Positions 28,132 through 40,628 of a stretch of DNA of 64,000 bases are shown here, piece after piece. The stretch is from Entomortierella parvispora E1425. Lineage: Eukaryota > Fungi > Mortierellomycota. Positions within the stretch are counted from its first letter, which is position 1, and the number at the start of each line of letters is the position of its first letter. A program made the position numbers and the translations under genes. The notes under the pieces are model-generated. The model was not told the DNA's origin. It saw nothing but the letters and a program-made list of their open reading frames with translations, and ran no database searches. Location of the stretch: assembly GCA_020891255.1 (NCBI GenBank), contig BQFW01000015.1:2046001-2110000 (forward strand), given 5' to 3'.

Positions 28132-28193
28132 GACAGACAAGACAGACAAGACAGACAAGACAGACAAGACAGACAAGACAGACAAGACAGACA
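28132..28193. repeat. Tandem 9-mer (GACAGACAA) x6 plus partial, next to GA- and CCTT-type microsatellites (28097-28524) in the TRA1 / Ser-rich gene divergent promoter
   Basis: Direct reading of the sequence. Confidence 0.9.
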
Positions 28194-28643
28194 GGGACAA
28201 AAAAATGAAAAAAAAGTGGAGGTGGGCACACCCACTCGAGAATTCACTCTGCATGCACGTGACTGTGACTGGCTCTTTTTTTCCCGTGATGTCGCAGTGT
28301 CGGTGCCATCGCATGTGCTGCAGGCCAATCCGCGGTCACCTCTCACGTGATCATTGGACGCGTTGAGTGTGTCGACCTTCCCTTCCCCTTCACTTTTAGC
28401 CAAGCGATGATACAGTAAGTGCATGCGTGCATGGGCCCACCTCTTTGTCCTCGACCCTCCTTCCTTCCTTCCTTCCTTCCCTCCTTCCTTCCTTCCTTCC
28501 TTCCCTCCTTCCTTTCTTCCTTCCCTCCGCCAACGTCCTCATCACTCCACTGTCTCCACGCCTCCCTTCAAGACAACTGCCTCCCGTAAGGCTATTGTTC
28601 TAATCTCTTTCTCTTCCGCAAGAGCGTGACATCCCCTTCTACC

Positions 28644-30858
28644 ATGGCTCGCAAACCCGCCTCGAGCTCCAAGTTTGGTCATCTCTTTGGTGACACGAGT
28701 GGTACGTCCCAGCGACCCTTGCTATCCATGTGCACAGTCAATGGGTTCTCCACCGTGGAGGTGGGACTCCCATCATTGCTCCTCCTCTCTCCATGACATC
28801 ACATTAACGCTTTCATCCCATCGCTCTGCAGACAGCCCGTCCATCTCGACCAGGGAAAGTCGACTCTCTGGCACACGAGCAGGCGATTTGTACAAGGATC
28901 CCCTGGCTGCACTCATCCCTCCTGTCACCGCCACCACAAACACCACCCGCGGAACGGCCACCTCGGTCAAAGCCACCCTCTCGCCTCCACCAGCCGCCTC
29001 CTCTGCCTCCAAGGCCTCTCCTCCCGGCTCCACCTCCAACTCGCGGAGTTCGTCTCGAGTCCAACACCATGCTCTTTTTTCGTCCCTGACCGGCGACTCT
29101 GGAAATTCCATATTTGATTCTGGATCCGCCTCGTCCGCCTCTGCTGCCAAGAGAGACCTTTTTGGCGACAGCACCTCCATCTCGCCCGCTTCCAGGAGGA
29201 CCTCCACACCTCCGTTGACCAAGGTCAGTAGCACGGCCGCGTCTTCATCTCAGCAGTCCTCCCGGGTCTCGACACCTCCATTGGGTAGCAGTAGCACCAG
29301 CAGTAGCAGTAGAGTTTCTACCTCTGCCCTGGACCCGGATCTGGATCCTCTGGGGCAGGTGGACGGCGCACCCAGCAAAACGGACGAAGATACCCCGTCT
29401 GTCAAATCGCCCCTCACTCCCGAGCCCTTGACTCGCACCAATAGCCAGGCCAGCACACGGAGTCATGAGAGTTCGAGAAGCAATAGGAGCGCATTGAGTC
29501 ATGAAGTGGCAGACGACGCGCGTTCGGTGGCCTCCAAGTCGACCCAGAAATCATCATCGTCAGGAACAGGAACAACGACACCCATCAAGGAAAGTCAGGC
29601 TACATTACCACCCATCTCAACTTCTGTCAGGAAGGCTTCTTCCTCCAGATCCAGCACAGGAATTGACCGCAAGCCAGCAAGTGCCACCATCCCAGATCCT
29701 ATTATGAACCCTCTCTCAGCACCCTCTGTCCCACAGTCAGAGGGTCGCCATCGACCCTCGGGAGAATGGACACAGCCTCAGGCGAGCATCTCTCCTCCTA
29801 TACGTCCTTCTTCTTCAGCCTCGTCTCAATCGATCGATACCTTCCAATCCATTTCAAGGACGGCCTCTCCTATGCATGTTTCGGTGAGCCGCAGTGGATT
29901 TGAGCGGGAGAACGACAATGCTTCGCCAGTACCTTCGACTCGATCCAAACTGGTCCCTATGGTCATCCCCGACGACGGAGCAGAAGCATTTGCGAACGAC
30001 CTTTTCTCTGCAGGACCTGCAGAGCCGTTTAGAGCTTCGTCGACAATGCGATCCTCCAGTGTTCTCGACTCTGGAAGCGTCACCTCCACCCGTACCCAAA
30101 TTTCAGCTGCTACGGGCCAGATCCCCTCTTTGAAAAGTGACAACAGTGCCTTGCCCGTTCTGGGTCAACCTGGGGTAGGAGCCAGCACGGTGGGACAGCC
30201 CAAGACACGATCTGGATTCTCTCTTGGCGAGGACGTGGCGGACAGTTCGAATCCATGGATGAACACGTTGGTGGATTCACTCGACCAAACGACTCTTGGA
30301 GCGAAAAAGGTTGATTATACCCAGTCGGCAGCCTCAGATGGCGCAAGCTTCTTGCCCGAGGTCGCATTCACTTTGCCGACTTCAACCTCGACCGTTCCCT
30401 TTTCGACTGGTGCCTCATCCCTTCGCCACTCCAACAGCAGCGGTATTAGTAGCAACAGCACTCTTTCCTCCAATACTTTATCCAGCTACTCACCCACCAC
30501 CCGGACAGTGCCCATGCCTTCATTAGACGAAGATGTGGGAGGCTTCGAAGACATCTTTTCTTCTTTGCGGTCAAAAAAGAACCCGTCCCCTTTGACTGGC
30601 CCTTCTTCTCTTGCACCTACTTCCTCGAGCTCGCGGTTATCGACGACGGCTTCAGGAGCAGACTCTCTCATGTCGGGACTGCCCACTTGGAACGTTGTGG
30701 ATGCCGTGGAGGCAGCCGCTATGGACCCCGAGTTCTTGGGACCACGACCTTTGGAGAACCCAGGCACGGCCAAAGTCCTGGCCATGATGCAGATGCCCAA
30801 GGATGCCCTGGACAAGGATATTTCAGCCCAGGAAGTTTTTGATAATCCATGGGAATAA
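28644..30858 (+). CDS. Hypothetical Ser/Thr-rich disordered protein, 2 exons (28644-28701, 28832-30858)
   Basis: ATG GCT CGC... MARKPASSSKFGHLFGDTS, donor gtacgt, acceptor ctgcag, then about 2 kb open frame ending EVFDNPWE*. No globular domain recognised. Confidence 0.75.
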
Positions 30859-30945
30859 AAAAAATAAAAAAAAGACCAAAAAGACAAAAAAAGCAAAATA
30901 AAAACCAATGTATTGCACATGCTCGATATTTTTTTTTTTATTACG

Positions 30946-33900
30946 CTAACTTTGTTGGGGATAAGTGGGATTGGATGAAACAGACGAAGAGGACACGGAT
31001 GACACGGTTGGCACTGCAGAGCGAGTCATGGACCCAGAACGAAGCGACCGTGGAGCAATTGGAGAGCCACCAGGTCGGCTATTATTATCGTAGCCTCGAC
31101 CATTGTTCAGACCGGGGCTAGATTCCTGTCTCAAAATATCTTCTCGGCTCTGTGCGCGAGCGCGCGCTCGAGCAGAAGGGGTGCTGGCAAGAGTGGCGCC
31201 GAATCCTGAAGCAGATCCTGGAGACATGATCTGAGATCTTCCAGACAAAGGCGACGAGCCTGGGTGGTGATAATGTTGCTGCTGCAATTGTCCCTGAAAC
31301 TGACTGGAGGAAAGAGGTCCCAGCGAAGGGGAAGGCACTGGGGAAGGATTACGCGAAGAATTGCTCCTTGTCCTCGGAGGCGTCACGTCTCCCCGCAAGG
31401 ACGAGGTCGAACCCTCGCGCGCCGACCTTCTTTCTTTGGACTTGGGCGCAATAGGTGGAACACCAGCATCATAAGCGTCTAGGGATCCAAACGAGCCGTT
31501 TCTGCTTCTGGGCGCCGAGGGGGGTACAAGAGCTTCGCTACTTCCACCTGCATGAGATCCAAATGAATTTTGACGGAATGAACCATGTGGAGTCAAATGA
31601 CCGGGATGTTGCTGCTGACGTTGCCTTGCGTAATCCTCTTGGTATGAATGATCGTTGGAAGACCGGTACGAGTGTCTGTTGGGTGGCGTAATCTCTCCAC
31701 CGTGCCCACCAGAGAACATGGCCTCCAGAGAGCCAGAGCTGCCTTGAGCTGAGGCACCTCTTCCGTGGTATAATCGTTCCCCTGTTGGTGTCGATCTTGC
31801 TGTAGACGACGAGGTGAACGATGGATTGGTTGAAAGTTGATGTCTTGGATAGGAGCTATGTACGATGGAGGCAGAAGGCGAACCAGAACGAGATCCTCCT
31901 GTCGGGGTAGAGTGACCAGACTGACGGCCCATTCGTTGAGGCATCTCGAGTAGGTCCATAAGAGAGTTTTCTGGAGGAGGAGGACGTGGCCTTGGAGGAA
32001 TACTTGCGAGTTGCTGATGCTGAGGAATGGGTGGTGGTGGTTGAGTATAACCTCGGTTATCTTCTCCCTCATAGACCCTCTCAGGCAAAGGTGCTGCACT
32101 CCATAACCCAGAACCATTGATCTGATCCGAGGGAACCGGACTCCGCGCCACCTCTTGGCTCTTGTATTTCCTTTGCTTTTCAGTCATAGATTCCCTTCTC
32201 GTGTCTCTCTTTCCATCCTGCTCTCTTTGCACAGAGTTGGGGTCCAGTTCCTTGTGCCTTCCAGTAAATAGCCCTTTGAACTTCTCCATGGTCTGATGAC
32301 CCCCTCCGCTTTGAGATCCTGCGGCACCTGTCCTGGAATGACTCCTGTTTGATATATGAGTCAGCTCTCCAGGGTTACTCTTAGCTCTGAGGATGGCTCC
32401 TGCGCTGGGTGATTGCAGCCCAGTCGGTACCAATCCAGAGGACCGTTTCAGTGTGGCGCCTCCTCTGGGATTAAGTGACTGAGGCACGATCCCGCCTTCG
32501 TGAGATCGAACCGGGGAATCTGGGATGTGAACATGAGCGGTGGTCGAGATGTTGGGTACAAAACTCAAGTCTTTTGGCAACGTTTGACTGAGACGCGGGT
32601 CACTCGATGTTCCTGGGATGGCTCGCGATGACACAGGAGGCGAAGGCTTGAAGGCTGCAGTCCGGTCAGCATCGACAAAAGGCGCTGGAAACTGAATCTC
32701 AATTGTTTGACAAAATATTGAAGGCTCTCGCCGTAATCCCTCGTTTTGCAAGTGTTTGCGACGCGCCATGTAGTTTGAAAAGTCCTCTGCTGTGTTCTCA
32801 GAAGACAAAGGCACTGTCTGCGATTTCCTGAGAGATGCGCTCCTTGGTGTTAATGATCCGTCCAGCGTGGCAGCTTCTGCAATATCGGCTAGATCTATAT
32901 AATATAAAGCAGGCATGAAGAGTCAAAAAAAAATCGACGATACAAACTTACAGAGGATTACAGCAAGCCAAAAGTCGCAAGTACCTTGTTCCTTTGGAGA
33001 ATGTTCACCAGAAGGATGGAATTCAAAGTCATGCCCGATTTTGGATCCAGTCTTTGAGTTTCTGATCGACCGACGCTTGGAAAGGAAGGTGGACGAAAAA
33101 ATATGGGACTGATGACTACGGTGGCTGCTCGTGCTCGAGTTGGTGGATTTGCTTCGCTGGGGTGCGTGGCCAGGGAGAGTCGAATGGGGTATGATAGGCT
33201 TTTGCAGGGAGAGCTGTCTTCGGATTCCAGAATCCAGTCCCCGCAGCCCAGAGTCAGGGTCAAATCCAGAGCCTTTTCCCGCCATAGAGTTGTAAAGACG
33301 CTCGTGGTCTTCAGCGTTCACGTATCCTCCGTGTAAACCTGATCCAATCGACTGCCTTTGGTGGTTTGGGAAGTTTTGAACCCCTGGACCAGAGGGACCA
33401 ACATGGACCATCTCTTCGTCATCTTCATCGTAGTTTGACTTTGGGAAAGTAAAGCTACTCTGGTGGTCAATCAAGAATTTCAAAACGGATGCCGAAGTCA
33501 TGTACTCTCCTGGAGACATGGCGTGATTTGGGTGAGAAAGAACTCCCGGTTGAAAAACAGATGCCAAGTTCTTTGAATCCATGAGATTCTCTGCGCTGTG
33601 GTGTGCAAACAGAGCCAGGAGATCCAGCAAGTACATGAGCAAACACGAGTGAGGATCTGGCAGTTTCATGATAAGGTCTTGGTAGGCTGCGATCATATCT
33701 TCTTCGTCCGTCATATTTCCTACAAGTAATACTTGTTTAGTCCATTGCTCTCCGGGCTCCCGCTGTAAAATGTTTCGATTGATTAAGAATATACCCTGAC
33801 TTACGATGAACATCTCGAAACTTTTCATAAAACTCCAGGGTGATGACTGGATCTGGCAAGTGGTTGAGGTAGCGGCGAAGTACGTTCGAGGCATCATGGA

Positions 33901-34782
33901 TCGTATATCCTGCCCAGTCCAGCTGACTTCCGTAATTAGGTGGGGTATCAAAGATGAGCTGGAGTTCTGCGACCCGCTTCGCAGATCCACTCACGCGAAA
34001 TATTCCTCGGGTCCGCATCGCTGTTGATAGTCAAAAAGGTTAGTCAAATAAAAAAAAATAAAAAAGAGCAGTGACGACACTTGAACTGAACGCTACCTTG
34101 TTCCTTCAAAAGCCATCCGCACTTTGCGACGATCGTGGGGATGTAGCCTTGGCATCTCGTCTGCGTACCAACCGTGTAGCTTACTGGGACGCCCGCGTAT
34201 TCAATAGAGTCGACGAGGTCGACATTAAAGAGACCTACCGTCGCTGAAAAAAGAAAAAAGGAGGAGGAAGAGGAGGAAGAGGAGGAAGAGGAGGAAGAGG
34301 AGGAAGAGGAGGGATGTCAATTTCATTTGCTTCAGGTTGGTCGAACGGTCCAGCAGTGGTGTTGTTGTTCTCGAATCCCGGGTCTGTCCACTTGCTCGCC
34401 GGTACCATGGCCTGGGTGCTGGCCCAGGACTTTGCCGCCAAGAACTCGTCTGAGACACGATGACAAAAAAGTCCGAGGACAATGGCATCGCCCAACACTC
34501 GGCAACGCGCTACCACCCGACCACCTGGCGGACGATGCCTGCGGGTTGAAGATGACGTGTGTGTGTGAACAAGGGCAAGCAGTTCCCGATGAGTCTCGCT
34601 AATCACCATGCCGCCTCCATGCCAACAACCATCGGTGAATCTTGCTGGTCCTGATCCCAGAATTAGTGGCGCAAAAAAACAGGCAAGCATGCCAACATCA
34701 CGCCCAGTGTTGTACCTTTGTCTGGCTTGGCTCCTGTGATGTTCTTCCACCATTTTTTGAATGATACTTTCTGCTGGGCCAT
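30946..34782 (-). CDS. RhoGAP (Sac7/Bag7/Rga5-like) with long disordered C-terminus
   Basis: Exon 1 MAQQKVSFKKWWKNITGAKPDK (34782-34716); then GLFNVDLVDSIEYA...IPTIVAKCG, GIFRVSGSAKR (arginine finger), DASNVLRRYLNHLPDPVI, NLMDSKNLASVFQPGVL. Confidence 0.93.
34261..34312. repeat. (GAGGAGGAA) x5 minisatellite in RhoGAP intron 1
   Basis: Direct reading; forms the pyrimidine tract before the acceptor on the minus strand. Confidence 0.9.
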
Positions 34783-35838
34783 GACTCCATCCAGCAGCCT
34801 GAATGGAAGCTGTACGAGAGGCTGGTTGTCAAATAGGCGCGAGTTTTTGAAGGGGAGTTTTTGAAGGGGGGTGAGAAGGAAGTTGGATGCTGGATTCGAC
34901 CCTGGAGAAACGGTTAACAGTAGTAATGTCGATCCGACTGGGTCATTGGCAGGTGCGACTCTGTGGCTCCAACTCCTCCGAGATGAAGGGGGGTGCTACT
35001 TTGTCCTTGGAGCTGTTACGATGGATGTCACTGCGAATGTCCAGTAGCTCGGTTGGGTCGCGCTAGTTTTTTTTTTTTTTTTTTTTGCAAGAGTCACTTG
35101 AACTGGGTGATGTTGAACACGGGGGATGCAAACGACAGGAAAGTGTGCGACAAAGAGAGAGATGGGGTGGACACGGGAGCAAGTGTGGAAGGGGGAAAGT
35201 CGCGAGATGGAAAAGAGGATGGAATGGGATGGGATGGGATGGGATGAGATGGAGGAGGAGGAAGAGGAAAAGACAGGAAAGCGATGTAGAAGAAAAGAAC
35301 TTGAAGAGGAAAATAAAGTACGCCGCCCATCCATTGGCGGGCCTTCCTAGTCTGCCTTCTCCCTGCTGCCATTTTGTCCTCTCCTCCCTTCCTCTTCACT
35401 CTTCTCTCTTCTCTCTTCTTTCGGCCCTCACACAGGATGAATGGTGGAAGGTACAGTACACCGAACATGGCCATAACATTGTGTGCGTGCGCGCTTCAGC
35501 ACTCTTGTGCTCCATCTGCACTCTGTTTTGCCCTTCTTCGCCTTCTTCTTGCTCCTCTCTGTCCATGCTCTGACTGCACTTGCTTCTGCTTTGCCTCGAC
35601 CTTGTTGAAACAGCAATCATCAAAACATACTCTGCTCTCACACAGCAAGAACACCCATTGTCATTAGAACCAGCTCGGCAGCAATTGCTGCATCGAGGGA
35701 GAAGCAGAGAGAGTGAGAGTATCAAAATCATATCTTTCTTTATGCAATGGACTATGTAAAAGTGCCAACTGGAAGTTTACCAGTGTGGAGAAAACGAGAG
35801 TGGTATGCTGTTGACAGGAACGTGCCATGACCAATTCT

Positions 35839-36293
35839 TTAGATCTTAGCAATCAAGGTCTTGAGCTCGCCGCTCTTCTCCAACTTGAAGAGATCGTCGC
35901 AGCCGCCAATGTGCTTCTGGGAGATAAAGATGTTGGGCACAGTGCGCTGGCCAGTCAACTCGAGCAAGTAGGCCTGGATAGCAGCGCCAGTCTCCTCGTT
36001 GTCGAGCTCAATGATATAGGCCTTGACTCCAAGCTGGGCCAAAAGATTCTTGGCCTTGGTGCAGTAAGGGCAGTACGACTTTGAGAAGACGACGACGGCG
36101 TTCTCAGCTATAGAGGACAAAACAATGCCGGCGTGTCAGTGGGATAAAAGACAAACACAACAAACTACGCGAGGAAACAGGCATGAGCAGAGAAGGATGG
36201 CAGGCGGTACCTACCGATGATAGCATCGACCTTGGTCTTGATGGCAGACATTTGTTCAGGAGTGAGAGTAGGAGAGGAGAATGATTGACCCAT
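35839..36293 (-). CDS. GRX: Dithiol glutaredoxin (CPYC), 2 exons, N-terminus MGQSFS
   Basis: VVVFSKSYCPYC, QRTVPNIFI, HIGGCDDL; exon 1 MGQSFSSPTLTPEQMSAIKTKVDAII joined by a GT-AG intron. Confidence 0.96.
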
Positions 36294-36809
36294 GATGAAT
36301 GCAAAGAAGCGGACTTTATAGAGAGGGAGGGAAAGAGATGACAAATTTTGGCTTCCACAGCAAGCGAGACTTGCCCGTCCGTCCGTCCGTCCGTCTGTCG
36401 CTCTATCGCTCACATCTCGTCATCCCGCAAGCATGACCCAGCATGACTAAAGGATTCGCACATGTCCTGCGCAGATGCAATCTGCGATGTGCAATCTCTT
36501 TGATCAGATCCGATCTCATCAGATCAGCCAGTCTGATCACTGATTCCCCTCCTGTTTGGTGGCAACGCCGCCTCCCGCCATCCGCCCATGACGGCGTTCA
36601 ATAGTCCATAGAGGTCGGTCGGTCGTTGGGTAGCCGTGTGGCTTGTGGACACACACAGATCGAACGTTGGCTCACTTACAATAAAATCACTTTGCACTGT
36701 TCCTTCTCCCCAACAGAACCTGTCCTTCACACCTTCCCCTCTCTCCTCTCCGCCCTCTCCTCTCCTCTCCTTCCGCTCCCCCTATCCCGCCTCTACATCT
36801 CCACACGTC

Positions 36810-38344
36810 ATGCTGATCCCTCGCCTTGTCCGACCTTGCAACAGGATCGCCCTGGCTCCCTCCTCTCTCTTTGCTCGCACCCTGACATCTGTCGCATCCA
36901 CCTCCAAACTCACCCCACCGGTCCAATTGTCCTTTAATGACATCCCGCAGCCGTCATCGGCGCAACCAGCACGTTGCCAGCCTATCGTGATCATGCACGG
37001 CCTCTTTGGATCCAAACAAAACTGGAAGGCACTCTCCAAGGCCATGTCCTCTCGCCTCAATACCCGAGTCGTCACCCTGGTAAGGATTCCTGTACCTTGT
37101 CTCAAAGCCAGTAACTGCAGCATCACCTTTGTTCTGAATAAATACCGAGTTAGATCATCCATATACGAAAAAGAGGGTGTTGGAAACCGTTGCAACGAAC
37201 TTGATCAGTGATCTCCGTTGTGCCTATTTCTCACCGCAAACCATCGTCCGATCTCTTCCGGCCACTCTGTTTGTTTTTTTTTTCTTTTTTTTTTTAAACA
37301 ATATTGTGCAGGATCTTCGTAATCACGGCGAGAGTGGACACTCGGAAGAACACGACTATGCCAACATGGCCAATGATGTTGTTCATTTCTTGAACGAGCA
37401 GTCTTTGGAAAACCCCATTGTTATTGGACATTCAATGTAAGCGAGCTTCAGAGGACACGTCTGGATCAGGAGAAAGGCATGCCCAGGGAATAGATCAGAG
37501 CCTGATCAAAAAAATGCGTTTGATTTGTGTGCTCACATAGGGGAGGAAAGGTGGCCATGAATCTTGCACTGAAGCACACATCTTTGGACCGCCTCATTGT
37601 GGTCGATATGGCACCTGTGAAGGTGAAGCTGTCTGCTGATTTTGCTAAATACGTTGTCTCCATGAAAGAGATTCAAGCTGCCCATGTCAAGAAGCAAAGC
37701 GAGGCCGACACCATTATGAAAAAGACTGTTGCGGTAAGAGAACTCGGGACTCTTGACTAGGATCCGTTGTCTGTGCAGCATCAGGAGTCCTGCAGGACAG
37801 AGAGGGCTGATGATCTTTTCTCTCTTTTTTTTTTTTTGTTCCTGTGCATCTATTTGGGTTAATGCAAAATAGGATCTCGGAGTTCGTCAATTCCTGTTGA
37901 CCAACTTGAAGAGGGACCCAGCTGGGGATGAATACAGCTTCCGTGTGCCAATAGGAACTTTGGGCGACTCTCTCGAAAAGTTGGGTCAGTTTGACTTCGT
38001 CCCTGGTGTGGACAAGTTTGACGGCAAGACCTTGTTCATTCGAGGCGTAAAGTCGAAATATATCCAGGAAAAAGAGATCAATCTCATTCACTCCTTCTTC
38101 CCCAACGCCAGAATTGAGGACATGGATACAGGACACTGGGGTAGGCTGTCAATGTCATGACTTTTTTTTGCTTGTTTTACTTTTATTTTGATTTGATGAC
38201 CTTTGGGTGACAACTGACCTAACTGACCTGAATGGCAAACCATCGATGGACTGACTGTCTGTGTTTGTTTGTGTGTCCATAGTTCATGCTGAAAAGCCCG
38301 AAGAGTTCTTGAAGCTGGTCACGGAGTTCGCAGTTGAGAAATAA
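36810..38344 (+). CDS. Alpha/beta hydrolase, ABHD11-like, with probable mitochondrial presequence; 5 exons
   Basis: PIVIMHGLFGSKQNW, DLRNHGES, spliced GHSM/GG nucleophile elbow, LIVVDMAP, TGHW/VHAEKPEEF; Arg/Ser/Leu-rich N-terminus lacking acidic residues. Confidence 0.9.
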
Positions 38345-40032
38345 ACATTTTGTATCATGCACGCAAAGAGTAAAAGATGAATGGGCACTGCATCAACAAA
38401 TACGCAAGGAATCATTCCCGTGCCGTCTGAGTGGCCCTAGCGCGTCACCATTGCAAACAACCAAACAAGCGAGAGTTGACTCATTGCGAAAGTCTTGGGG
38501 GAGGGGAGGAAAGAGATTGGAGGGAGGGAAGGAGGGGTGCACAACGTGGAGAACGACCACGTTTTTGGTGGCGCAAAATATTGCTTAGTCGGACATGGGG
38601 GGGATCGACTCGACTGACGGCATCTTGCATCGATCAAAGCAGGCGCACATCGACCTACTTTCCCTCCACCATCGGGAACCCATGGGCCATGCTCAGCAAT
38701 TGTTTCGCTGCATGCGGCGATCGAAAAAATCTTTTGGAGCATTGGGGCGCTGTTTTACTTTTTGCTTGTTCTACTTGGCCCATGCTGATATGCGTTGCTA
38801 TGCTTCTGCTCAGTTTTTTTTTTATTTTTTTTTTTCTGGATTTTTTCAACAGCTTTTGCTCCCACAGAAATGAGCTCTGTCATGGTGAATGGAATGCTAG
38901 TAAGCAAACGTGACGAAGGGAGCTATTTTCTTTGTTTTATCAAAGGTAGCTACCCACATTTCGGCATGGTCTAGGCCGCAACCATGGGTTGGTGCGACTT
39001 TCTAATGGTGGTATGGTCCATAGGGTCTATATAAAATGAGGCGGGCGATTGAATAGATTGGCCAGGGGCGAGAACGAGATCGATCAAAAGAAGAAAAGAA
39101 GAAAAGAAAAAAAAAAGTTTTCGAGTCGAGCATGGATTGGACGTGTGTGATTGAACCAATTTGGTTCCCGCCATTTTTTTCTTTTCTGTTCTCTTTGTTT
39201 ATTTTCTTGTTGTGCATACGCAACTGGTCTGGCGTCCCTCCATTCTCAGCGACATCTTTGCGGTTGCGACCCTTTTTTTTCGTTATTTTTTGGGTATGGA
39301 CATGCGGCTGAGACATTATTGCACCCATGCCTTGCTGCTGCCAGCTGAACGGTGCGTGCGTCATCTGGCATAAAAGAGATGTGCAGCATGGGTACCTTTT
39401 CTTGCTGTGCATGGTTTGGGTATGATAGATGGAAAGGGCGGGTCACTGTTGGCGATGGTTTTTTTATTTTATTTTATTTTATTTTGGAAACGGGTGTTTG
39501 TATCCCCAACATCCCGCTGAGGACGATCACCCTTGTGCGTTTGGGTTCCCTGCCCTCCCTGAACCACGTTTGATGACACAAGGCTGTGTATCTGAGGAAG
39601 GGGTTGCGTTGTTCTTTTCTGTGGATTCTTTTTGAAGGATGGTGCAACCATAACAACAAGGAGCACATTCCCATCGTCCCGTCCATCGTTCCACCATGGC
39701 CATGGTAGCATGAGGCATGGGACGGCAAGCAAGTGCACACTCAGAGGATGGGTCTTAGAGGGACCGGAAACACAGAGACGAGTCAAAACGGTTTTCCATT
39801 TGTTCTTCTACGATCCAAAGGATGGACACGGTGCTGGGTGGAAAAAGTTGATCTCATTTGAATGAATCAAACGTCGGTCCAATGCCCCTCATCAGAAGGC
39901 TATCGTGGCCCACAGCCAACCACGAACAAGGAGCAAGGGCGATTCATTCATGACCATGCTTTAACTTTGGTCGCCTGGCAGCTGTGTTGGTCGACCCCAG
40001 TCCATTCAGTCCGTCAGTCAATCCGCCAACCG

Positions 40033-40063
<31 letters not shown>

Positions 40064-40628
40064 AGCCTGCCTCGTCCCGGACCCTCTTTTTTTATTTACT
40101 CTTTCGGTCGCTCACCGCATCCTTTCTTTCATCCTTCCCGCCTTTTTTTTTTCTTCCCTTTGTTTTCTTGCGGTTGTCTGTTCCCTCCCTTTCCGCCTTT
40201 TCTGTCTTTTTGTGTCTCTCACACACCTCGACATTAATTTCCCATTCTTCTTTCCTTCTTCTTCTCCTTCAGTCCTTCCCTTTCTCTTTTTCCTTTTATT
40301 CGCCCTTCTTACTGATCACCAAGTCCCCTCCCATCGCCACCCATCGCACACGAACACTTACACAAACACACACGCCTGCACACAAACACTTGCATAAACA
40401 CACAACCTGATTTTCTCATCACCTTTTAGCCCTCCAGCTTTGCATCCTCCATCCTCTTTCTTTCCTTCCTCCACACTTGAATTCACGCTCGCCCCCAAGT
40501 CGTCATTCCCTTTCCGCTCATCCTCAAGACCATTGGGACTTTGAAACAGTAACAAAGCCCACAACAAACACTATCATCCACGACCCCCCCGCCTTGGGAG
40601 AAGTCTCTGTCAGTCTACGATCGAGAAA

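Noticed and set aside
34235-34753. 172-aa ORF suggested as the RhoGAP N-terminus
   Set aside because: Better explained as the 481-nt first intron; the true exon 1 (34782-34716) is in another frame and splices in phase.
38400-40620. Many short ORFs in the 2.2-kb region upstream of the YY1-like gene
   Set aside because: Low-complexity promoter/UTR sequence with microsatellites; no consistent exon structure or homology.
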